Source: Podarcis pityusensis (lineage: Eukaryota). From it: DNA of 64,000 nucleotides. Within the stretch, counting starts at the first letter, position 1, and each line of letters begins with the position of its first letter. Below, piece after piece: positions 38,698 through 50,600 of the stretch. The stretch lies in NCBI GenBank assembly GCA_964106645.2, contig OZ067051.1. One strand, given 5' to 3'. Under the pieces are notes generated by a model, which saw only the letters and a list, made by a program, of their open reading frames with translations, ran no database searches and was not told the origin of the DNA. A program made the position numbers and the translations under genes.

Positions 38698-41600
38698 GAA
38701 GAAGCAGTTTTGTGATTAAAACAGAGGGAGAGGCCATAGCTCAACAACACACATGCTTTGTTGTTTGCAAAAAGTCGAGCTTCAGTCCCTAACACCTCCA
38801 GGCAAGGCTGCAAAAGATTGGTCAAAAATCCTAGAGGCCTACTATAAATCAGTGTAGAGACAATACTGAGCTAGATGGACCACTAATTCAACTTAATATG
38901 GCAGCTTCCTATGTGGATCTATGGCTCTAAATTCTGCTGACCAAATACAAGTGAATTTGTACTTAAAGGATCTCTCTGGGTCCAACTTAGTATTTTGAGA
39001 ATGAGCTTTCACAGAGTGTGGAGCATGAAGGCTTACTATCACCTTCAGAGTTGTGAATATGTCTACAACAAAACCCACACTTTGATTCTTTCAGCAGAAA
39101 TACACGATGGCTGAAGATTCTGAGAGTTATTAAACAAGGAATTGTGGATTCTGTATTGAAAAGTAAATTTGGTCCTGTAAAGTGTGTGTGTTTCAAATAT
39201 AAACCCTGTCATTGACTTCCCCTGTGAAAAGTTGCACTCAGGTGGCACTCCTTTTGATGGGAGGGTGAAGGAGGCTAGGTAAAGGTAAAGGACCCCTGAC
39301 CATTAGGTCCAGTCATGACCGACTCTGGGGTTGCGGCGCTCATCTCGCTTTATTGGCCGAGGGAGCCGGCGTACAGCTTCCGGGTCATGTGGCCAGCATG
39401 ACTAAGCCGCTTCTGGCGAACCAGAGCAGCGCACGGAAATGCCGTTTACCTTCCTACCGGAGCGGTACCTATTTATCTACTTGCACTTTGACGTGCTTTT
39501 GAACTGCTAGGTTGGCAGGAGCAGGGACTGAGCAACAGGAGCTCACCCCGTTGTGGGGATTCGAACCGCCGACCTTCTGATCGGCAAGCCCTAGGCTCTG
39601 TGGTTTAACCCACAGCGCCACCTGCGTCCCTATAGTGCCAATGCCCCATGTTACGATTTGAATTTTGGACATATATGAAACCAGTTTAGTTACTGGTATG
39701 ATTTCATTCAAGATGACTTGTCATTCTTACAGTGTTGGATTTGCTTCCATCTGTAAATTGTTCAGGGATTTTGTCAATTTAAAAAACCCTTTGAGATGGA
39801 AGTATTTTTATAGCAATACGTTTCAAAATACAGGGAATATGCATTCCAGTCCGGCTGCTTTCTACTTGAAATAGCAAGGTAAACAGAGGGTCTGAATGTA
39901 AAACACTAGGAGAATTGTGGAAGATTCACTAATGTCTTTTTTAATGGCCAGGTGCCTGAGAAACTAGAGAAAGGGGAAACAGAGGGACAGATGACTCTCT
40001 TAAAGCAGCTTATATCCTGTTTCCTGTCAAGGAGGCATGCTGTGTGGGGATTGCTAGAATTGTAGAGCAGCAGGCGCATTAATTTCCAAGTGGAGCAAGG
40101 TACTGCTTTGTCACTGTAAATTGACTTCAAGGACAGATTTGAGACAAAGCCTTAGTCCACCTTGATAAATTATCTTTTATTTGGAAAGTCTGTGTAAAAG
40201 AGCATCTGTGGGGCTACTGTACCTGGGGAGACAGATGAGGAACATAATGTGTATAAAGCTTTCCGCCCTCCTTCCTTATAATCCTTTCTGACTTGAGGTC
40301 TGACCTTGTTCAGGCCAATTTCCCACTTACTCTGGTGTAAGGTGTGCAGGACTGGGCGCCAAATGAGCAGCGCTACTGTCAGAAGATCTTGATCCTGTGT
40401 GAGCAGAGAAAGGTGCTGTTGTAGTTGTAAGCCGTATGCTACTTAACTAGCCTAGTTGTAGGCCTCCGCTTACCTCAGGTTGAAGAAACCTGTGTTAACT
40501 ACTAGTAGCGCATTTTTAAGTGTAAATTTTGGCATTAACCGCCTTGTTTTACTACTATGTAGTGAGCTACAGCTAGAGCAAGTGGTAACCAAGCAACAGA
40601 AACATTGTGTGCTTCCAATTATCTAGCTTCCCCAGTAGCAACACGGGTAATAAAATACAGTTTTTTTGTTGCTTTACATTTCCGCCTGGAAATGTAACCC
40701 TGTTTGGTAGATAACATAAATGGTTGTTCTTAATAAAAAAAAAGATATTCCCTTGTACATAGTAAAGTTTCCACTATGCTTCTTGTCTATTGTTCTAGAA
40801 TTAGCAGGAGAATTTCTTTTGGCATAGCAGTTAACGTTGACTTAGAAAGAGTGCACCTCCTTGAATTTAAACAAAGCATCCCTTTACTTTTCAGGTCTTG
40901 ATGATGATGGTGATCTCAAAGGTAACCAGGCAGTCTTTTTCATTATAATTTCTTCTCTCCCAAATTGACTGGATTTGGATTGTTAGATCATTTATTGCCA
41001 TTCAACAGGTGGAGACACTACAGTGATTCAGGGCAATGGTGACTTAGCAACAGCTGAGAACCAAACAACACTGAGCAATGGGTATACCTGCAGTGACTGC
41101 AGCATGCTTTCTGAGCGGAAGGAGGTCCTCACAGCATACTCGGCTGCTCGCATGCCATCCTCAAGAATTTACTCCAGGGATCGAAGCCAAAAACACAAGT
41201 CTAGTAAGTAATGTTTGTGTTCATTCTGTTGGTTTACCACTGTTGAGAAATGGTGCATGAATGAAATCTTACTGTGTGAAAAATGTGTTGAGTTACATTG
41301 GTTTAGGATTCTGTTCCTAAAGGTTGGGGAATTTTTGATTTAATAGAACATTCCCATGGCGATCTGTCTGCGACTGCTTCTGGTACAAAGGAAGTTCTTG
41401 TGTGCTGCTGATCCTTTTTTGAAGATCATGAGATTCTTTCTAATCAAAAACGGAGAAACCCAAGCAGTTTCTAGCATAGAAACACCAGCATGGTAGGAAT
41501 TGGTTGCTTCATCTGAACTTGGTAGGCTCTCTTGATGAACAGGTTTATCCAACCCTCATGCGTATGGTAATTTCACATTGCATATCTTCATTGTGAGGAA

Positions 41601-44600
41601 GGCATCTGATCACATTTTTGTTCAGAAAAACTCCATAGAACTGGTGTTCTTTCCATAAGCTGTGCCAATAGGCATCTGAAGTAGGAGGCAGAGTTACTAG
41701 AGCGTGGTTACATTCTTAAATGAGGAAGAATTAAAAGGAGGAAACTTTGGGCACTTGAAAGTGAGAAACCAATCTCCAGAACTACTTTCCCAGAGCAACT
41801 GTATCTAACACATCATTCTTTACCTCTGTCTTATTTTCCAGAATGATCCAACATCTCATTCGGGTTTCTTTACTTAGTAGCAGCCTCTATGAAACTGTAG
41901 GATTACAATCTCTCAGTAGTATTGATTGTCTTTGCTTCTGAGGAGTTCTGCATTCTGCTTGTCTGAATGTATCCCATGGAAATTAGTGTTGAGAGCGGCT
42001 CATTCTTTCCATGCAATTATTTGAATGCTGAAGAAGAACACATTTTGCGCTAACCAGTTTTGCTCATCTGCCAACTTTTGGCTAGTAAATTTGCAAAGCA
42101 AGGAATGCAGGAAACATTGTGCTACATATTTTTCTGAAGTTGTTAGTTACATGGACTGGTACTTAACAGTGTTTTCCGGTAACTTGGTTGTTGTCTTTTA
42201 ACCCCACTTGTTCTCCAAGTGCTTCAATGAATGAAAGATAAAAATGACTGTTGCCATGGGGTGACTTCTCATATTTTGGAAAGTAAGAAATAACCATACT
42301 GCACCTACGTGGGTTAGCTTTGTATTTTCACTGTGTTAGTCAGTAGAGAAATGGAAGCAACTAACATGCTACTGATGCTCTTTTAATAGGGGGCCTCCCT
42401 TTCTACACAAATCAGATTCTGCGAGCAGCCAAGTATACCACAACATCTTTTTCATCACTCATAGTGCAGTTATTTCAAATGATCTTGCTGAAGCTGGGCT
42501 ATGACTGTAAAGGTATTTCGTTTTTTAGCTTATCTTTTTCTTTGTCCATCCGTGCCACACACTTAAAAAACAAATTCTGAACCCCTCTGATGCCTAAGTG
42601 TGTGTATGCTTCTTCATGTCTTTCACTCTGCGGCTTTATTATGTCCTCTTTGGTGACCTGGCTTCTTGCTTTCAATTGCCTGCCTTATATATATATATTC
42701 TCTTAGAAGCATCAGTATGCAGGCAAAAGGCACTGGTGCAGGTTCTCCTTTTTTCTTCTTTTCTTGAAAAGGCATGAATAGTGGGCTTTGAATGAAAGCT
42801 TAACCTTGATTATGAAAGTAGATTATTTAAATTGCATTACATTATTGATAAAAATCACACTGTGCCAGTCTTTAAGTGCTGGGGTTTTTCTTCTTTCTTT
42901 AGTGTTTATATACAGTGTATTTAACAACAAACATGCTTGCTTTGGTCAGGTGTATTACATATTCCGCCATAGAAGTATAACTCCTGGCTGTCATTGGCCA
43001 ACTACTGCTTCTCATTTGCGTTTTTAAGATAGTCCCATTAAACATTTTTACATGAATGCCCAGAAATCTAATGTGTGGATGTGACAAGTGTGTTTTCATC
43101 TACATATATCATACCAGTCTGTGCCCAAGGGAGCTGGGATGGTCTGCAGCTTCTGTAGCAAACCCACACTTCCATTGCATAATACTGTGCTTGCAATATT
43201 GGCCCTGGATACAAAGAACCATGCATCTAATGCCCAAGAGCGCTTTGGAATTATGTTTCTCAAGCACCATGGCAAACCTGTTTTTCGTACTGTGCGACAT
43301 GACATTCTGCTCTGCAAATTCCACCATATGGGGCTGAGCCCTTGGTGACCTCTTTAGATCCTGGTTTTGTCTTGTAATGGCCTTTCTCATCAAGATGTAC
43401 TTGGTTTCTCTTTCACGATTTGTTTCCTGCAGGAAATCAAAGCATATTAAAGTATTTTAAAATATTTTTCTGGTGTCCTTTGGTCTCCAGAAGTGAAAAG
43501 AGAGTGTGTTTAAAATGTCAGAAAAGCAGGCCTGGTCTTCTTTAGAAGGCTTCTAAGCAGAACAAATATTAGCAAGCAACAATCACCCAGGAATATAAAT
43601 AGCCTTAGAAATGCAGACCAGCAGAATTCATGAGCAACCCTCTCCCCCCCCCCCCCCGCAAAAAAACTAAGATGGAGCTCATCCTAGCTAGTTCAACTTA
43701 AACATCATTTTCTGGGTTGAGTTTCTTAGGACCTCAACTAGCTTTTAACAAAAGAAAATCATTTATTTGCTGTCAGCTATGTGCAAACTGGGGTACTGTA
43801 TATATGGGTACAATCCAAAGAACAGCTGGCCTTAAAATAGGCACACCCTGGGGGTCTTTATGTTTGTATTTCTTCTCCACACTACTCCAAAGATACCTGT
43901 GCTGTCCCCTTTTTCTCCTTTCTGGGTGTGGGGTGGTGAGCTGCTTTTGTAAATAAGGTGACTTTCCATGTCACGTTACAGTTTATCTGTGAAAGATGCT
44001 GTGTAAAGAAATCAAAAGATTGCAGTGGACACATCGTGCCTGCTGTTGGACTTTTCTGGGTTGTATTTTCTGTTTTTGCAGCCTGTGAAAATCTTTGTTC
44101 TTCTTAATTATTTGTTTTTCTTGTGCTGCAGCTCACTCTAGCTACTGTGGAAGCATGAATGTAAAAGAATTTCTCAGGGAAGATGGCCACCTGGGTATGA
44201 ATGGAGAATCAATGTGTAAGTTTGACAGATTTTAAAAAAGTGTTATTTTATTTATTGTTGCATTTAAATCCCACCTTTCTTCTAAGGAGATGAAGGTGGC
44301 ATACATGGTGGCATTCCTATTTTGTCATAACAACCCTGTTAATAATTCTGACTTTTGCAGGGATATTACGTAATTTTGTGGAAGCTGGAAAAGCAATGTA
44401 TCTTGGCCATGATTCATCCTGCACTTGCAGGAAGTTCCAGTTGTTTGCTCCGTTACCTCTCTAAGTGCTTTATTATCAATTACTTTTCAACAGTTGTCTT
44501 CATAGATGCAACTGTCTATGGGATTTAATTTTATTTTTCGCTAAAGTTTGGGAGGCAAATCTGCAGCATGAATGTGTCAAGTGATACAGACCACAGAGGT

Positions 44601-47600
44601 TTGTGGCATGCCTGCCTCTCCCACTGCATTGCTGCCTGCTCCCATTTCTATAGATAAGAGGCAGAAACACACCAAGATTCTGGGGGAGGAATCTGGGGGG
44701 AAATAAATTTCTGTGACATATCTGGCACACCACTGTCTTCTTGAATGTGTTATATTAATTGATTGTTACCACAACCAACAGGTGATGACTGTAAGGGGAA
44801 GAAACACCTTGAAACACACACAACAGCCCACATGCAATCCTCAAGGTCTAAAAGAGTAGCAAGGACCATTTGGCACATCTTTTCTTACACAGGTTGACTT
44901 GCACCATTTTGTTTTCGTATTTTGATTTCTTTTGCTCTCATCATCACAATCTCTTCATTGTTAATTGCTCTCTCTGTTGTTGTTTTTAGAGCTTTCTTGC
45001 AAAGTAGATTAGAGTGACTTGCTTGTGTCAGCCAACACCTCTTATCAGCTCTTGCTATGAGTTTAGGTTGACCCCTGTCATGAAGGAAGGTTGGAGCAGA
45101 TAATCCTCATTCTACATATGTTGCAGAACTGTTAGGAAGGCAGAATACAATAGCTTGTGCTATTGTACTAAAATGGAATGTTACAGATGAGGAACAATAA
45201 TCTTAGAGAAGAGAGTTTCTGGTCGTCGTTTCCCCCCCCCCCCCAATCTTCTAGCTAAAATAGATCTACACCTAATAAATACAGTCTTTTTATTTTATTA
45301 ACAAATGCTTAGCAGTATGACTCTTTCAGTGAAGTACGTAGTATTCTCTCTCAAAACCATTCTTGTTTATTAAAAATAACATGGTAGTAAACCCATGGAA
45401 AACAGAGCCTGTTGAATTATCAAATCCAATGTTTCTTTATAATGTTAGTTCCAGTTTTTCTCTGCTGTAATGCTAATAAAATATTTTGTATGTGGATGAA
45501 AAACAAAACAATCCCAGAGTGTTTTAAAATGGTAGTGTTTTTAATTGAAGATGCTCCCCATTTTCTGTGTTCATATTCATCTGTGTTATATTAGGTTACT
45601 TCTTGCTACATATGTTACAAAGAATGGGAACCGCAGGATGGTTTGTGTCCAGGAAGATTTTGTCACTCCTTTGGCTAGCTGTTGTGTCTCCAGGTTACTA
45701 TTGATTTTGTGTGTGTATGTTTATGCTTTTGCATGAGTATTCTGCCTTTTAAAGCATACTGGCATCTTATAGTAGATGTGATCAGCTGATTTAACCTGGA
45801 TTTGTGATCCTTAGGGCAGCTTCAAATGCTACACAGAAACATTTCCTACACAAAAAGCATTTCCTGTAAGTGCCATGGGGCTTGTTTGCACCATCAGTAT
45901 ATCTGATGAGGCATGGGCTTTGGAAAGAAGGCTTTCAAATCAATAGGCTGAAATCTCTGTATAGAACTACCTACCTAAATAGTCTGGAGATCAGGAGGAA
46001 CCAACCACTTTCTATTTACTGCAGACACTAGCCCTGCTATGAACAAAAGGTCACAAGTGTTCTCCATCGTCCTATACAGCTCCTCCTTCTTAGTTCCTGA
46101 ATGTCCAGCATTTTTAGTTGGAAAAGAGGATGAAACTTGTTTGTAGACTCAGTGGCATAGCTAGCCGCTTGGGTGCCGGGGGTGGCCCACACATCCCGCA
46201 GCCGGGGGCAGGGCGAGCCGCCTATGGGAGCTGGGCTTGCTGCATGGAGCCTCTCTGCTGCCTTCCCCTCAGCTGTAGGGCAGCTGAGGGAGAGGCGGTG
46301 GGCAGGCGCAAGCCCCACGCTGTCGTTTCAGGCAGTGCGGAACCTGCAGGCACCCAATCCACCACGTCACTCCGAGGAGAGACGCTGCAGGCCCTGCAGT
46401 AACTGCCGGCCCCTGCGGTGTGGCATCTAGTGCCACTCGCGTTTCATTATGTTTGTTGACCGAACTAAAAAGTTTCGTAAGCCCAGGGTTTATTTTTTTA
46501 AAAAGCACCCTCATATTTTTGTCATTTTGTCACACCCCTCAGTGATGACACCCGGGCGGCCTGCACCCCCTTACTCCGCCACTGTGTAGACTGGCTTAGT
46601 TTTCACATTGTTGCCTATGTTGAAGCGCTTTTCATGTAGGAAATGAACTTGTTTCAAGCATCCTTTTGGTTTTTCCATCATTGTTTGCTTAATGCTAACA
46701 TCTGTAGCGTGGTTGTGTACACAGCTTATTAATAACCCGGCATACCTTATACAGTGTGCCTGCTTCCAGTATTGCGAGGCAGAATTAGCTAGTTGTGAAA
46801 ACAGAGGGCTGTTCTCGGAAATAGAGAAACTGACTCCTTGCAATTCCATGTAACCTTGGGCATCTTACTTCATCTCATTCCCCAAGCGGTTTCATTGACA
46901 CACTAAGTACATGCACTTTTCTTTTGTAAATTGTCAGACTTAAGTTGCTACTGCATTACTCTCTGCTGCATGACTTTGTGCATGCGTGTGTGACATTTCA
47001 GGTTATGAATATAGATTGTAATATGATGTGCTTTGGACTGATTTTAATGTTGCATGTGTGTGGTCATTTGCCAATACTCATTTACACCCAAAATCTGCAT
47101 GTCCTATAATATTATTCTACAGCACTCACCTGTTGCTTCCGCTTGGTCTCCTCCTAAGCCAGTGGTTTTCAAACTGTGTTCCAGGGAAGCTTAGATCTCC
47201 TCAATGAAAAGATGTGTAATGGTGGACAACCTTTCCCAGGAGGCTACTCGCCCAACATTACAGAACATCCCCTGCAGTGTGAAGCTACAGGGCCATGTTG
47301 GCTGTCTCAGGTGCATCTTGGTTCATGGATGATAGTGGCCAAGCTCTGCAGGCCTAGCCAGTGTCTGTGTGAATGGAGGATGTGGCTTAGAATATGTTCC
47401 AGGATCCTCATCCACTTACAGGGATTCCCAGCAGACATGTTGATTTGGAAAAGTTTCCCTGAAGACCCAAACGTTTGAAAACTATTGTCTTTGGTGATTA
47501 TCTTACATTCCCAATTCAGCCAGCGTTGTCTGTTCTCATCTAGGGAAGGCAGCTGCAGGAGTGTTCTGGTGGCTTGGGACTGGATGGTATCAACTTGTTA

Positions 47601-50600
47601 CTCTGATTTCTTTGCTGAATGTGTTCCTTCTTACAAGGTTTGTAAGCATTTCTTAACAGAATTTAATCACCATGTGTTTAGGAAACTGATTGTAGATCAG
47701 TTTTCTTCATCACAGTTTTATCACTGGAAACAATTGGATTAAAGATGATATAGTCTCATTTTTCAGCTGGTTCATACATTATGACAAACCACTGGATTAT
47801 TACAAAGCGCAGGGAGTCTTGGACACAAATGTTCTCCCCCAACTCCATGATGTGGTTGCAAGCACATTGGAAACTTTCATTTTTGTTTTAAAACAACCAC
47901 TGTTTGTCAAGGACAAAGAGTGATTAATTTTAATATTTAATCCTATTGCTGTTGGTTGAAATAAGCCAGCTTCAAACCATTGATTATAAAAATGACATGT
48001 TTCAACAAGCCATAGTTAAAGTTAACCACCGATTAGGTTACAGATGTATTGCTATACTGATGTTCGCTGAAAATGGAAATGAAAGTGTCCAGTCTTCACA
48101 GCTATGCTGTGGGTGCCAGGTGCACACAGGCTGAAGCTTGCTGCTACTTGTTCTTGTTATGATGAACCATGTGCATTGGAAAGCACTCAGTTTACTGAGC
48201 TTGTTTGGTGGTTATTAAATTCTGCAAGCTAGGCTAAGAAGTTGCCTCCGGGTTTCAATACTGGGGTTCTCAAGACAAAGTGGTAGATTTTCTCTGAAAG
48301 AATAATGCTGCCCTGAGCAGATTGGGATCCAATTTAGGATAGAGAGAGAGAGAGAGATTTATCATTTTATTTTAGTAACCAAAACTAAAAAAAGTATGCC
48401 ATGTTAATTTCCCTTGCTGTATAAATAACTCAGAAGTCCCCCCAAAAAATTAAAATATCTTCCTTTTAAATGAATAAAATAAAATAAAGCATAGTTAATG
48501 TACATAAAAACAAATTCAAATCAAACAAATACTTTGTTTGGAAACTTCAGTTTGTTGGAATACTTGTAAGTACAGTGGTACCTCGGGTTACATATGCTTC
48601 AGGTTACATACGCTTCAGGTTACAGACTCTGCTAACCCAGAAATAGTACCTCGGGTTAAGAACTTTGCTTCAGGATGAGAACAGAAATCGTGCTCCGGTG
48701 GCTTGGCGGCAGCGGGAGGCCCCATTAGCTAAAGTGGTGCTTCAGGTTAAGAACAGTTTCAGGTTAAGAACGGACCTCCGGAACGAATTAAGTACTTAGC
48801 CCGAGGTACCACTGTATTTTAAGCATGGCAGATATTTTTAAAGAAAGAAAATGTTAGCACTGAAACTGGTTAAATTAACTTGGCCATGCTCTAAGAACTT
48901 CCTGTCCCCATTCCAGTTGCTCAGTTTGACTTGTATTAATTCATTATATTATTTTTAAAAAATGTATGTAGTAATGCATTCCACAAATGGAAACTTTTCA
49001 ATGGATTAATATAGCAGTGGGAAAAATGTCCCTCCCACATCACTCCTCTAAATTTATTTTTAAAATTGACTTTATAACACAGAGGAGAGATAATGGCCAC
49101 AATCCTAAAATCCATGCAATTTATTTTCTGCGACCATCAGGACTGGAACACAAGCTTCTGTTGAGAACATCAGTGCGTTCCAGAGGCAGTTTGCAGTACA
49201 TCACACCAAGTCACTGTTCAAGAGAGAAAAGTCCTCCTAGGCACCTTTTAAGCCTATGGGCAAGTCTAAACTGTTCTAGATTGTGGTCTGTAGTCTAATA
49301 TGTGCTGCTGTTTTCTCTCTGAATGGGTTACAAAACTATCTTCATAATGTTGTTGGCATTGTTACAGATCACGGTCATAAAGAGCTTAAGTAATGGAATT
49401 GAAATTTTCAGTTATATGTTACATGTTCAGGCAACCAATGGCAGTGAGCTAATTGCAGTGAAATTCCTTTATCTATTTTCCAGATGCCTTCCAAAGATAT
49501 TCAGACTGCTGTTGTTTCTCCTCCCGCTATTGCTGTTGCTAGGTAGGCGGAAATGTATCAGTAGAATGAGCCTGAAATCTTACTAATCTAGGTTACCTAT
49601 TTATAGGGTTGTGTGTATTCAGCCTACATGTGTGGCCCACTCAGACTGAATGCAGCCAACCAGCCACGTAACAGTGGTTCATCTAGAACAGGGATGTCCA
49701 ACTTCCAAGAGATGTGATCTACTCCCACTATAAAAACACTGGCAGTGATCTACCCATTGGATTGACCAAAGTTGTTGAGGGTTTTGAGGGGGTGTCACTC
49801 AATCAGAATCACGCAATTGACCAGGAACACCCCATGATCAACCGGTCAATCGCGATCGACCGGTTGGACATCCCAGATCTAGAATAATTTCCCAAACTTG
49901 GAACTCAAGCGGTTTTTGGACTACAACTCCCATCATCCCTAGCTAGTAGGACCAGTGGTCAGAGATGATGGGAAGTGAAGTCCAAAAACAACTGGAGGCC
50001 CAAGTTTGGGAAACATCTAGAAGCTTGAGCAGCCTTTTTTCCTGCTTGCCTAGGTATGGAAGTGTGTGTACACATGTCTAGTACCTGGTGAGCCACAATT
50101 ATGGTGAATAATTCATTGCAGAGCCCCACATCCAATCCCTGTAGATGTGGTCCGCTCCCACCGCAGCTGGAAGGTTAAGAGTGTGCCCAGCTACACAGAT
50201 GGTGAATCTTTGTAGCAACAGAAGTGTCTAAGTACAATAATTATGTAGAATAGCACTTCATATAGAGGGATGACTGAAAGGTTTTAAGCAGCGGAATTGG
50301 TAGAAATCATTAATTTATTGGAGGGCATAGGCCCTGGGATTTATTGGGAACATTGGAAGCTCCTTTATTCTAAGTCAGGCTGTTGGTCCACATCACTCTC
50401 TATGTCTGCACGGATTGACAGTGATTCTCCGTGATCTCCGCCCTATCAGGAGATGCTGGAGATTGTAGCTGAGGCTTTCCGCATGCAGCCTATATGCTTT
50501 CCAACTGAGTCATGGCACTTCCCTGTTGCTCTTCAGTTCCCATAGTTTTCATATCTGCATTGAGAAAGGATGTAGACCACGAGTAGGCAAACTAAGGCCC

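Noticed and set aside
43056-43393. Four overlapping ORFs between SUN1 coding exons 6 and 7 as a hidden exon
   Set aside because: No convincing phase 1-1 splice pair and no SUN1-like translation
46037-46514. Possible internal CpG-island promoter or coding exon
   Set aside because: The GC-rich part is bounded by TIRs and a perfect 8-bp TSD, so it is a transposon
48571-48816. Short repeats with spacers, superficially CRISPR-like
   Set aside because: Eukaryotic DNA; irregular internal repeats of a TA-flanked MITE
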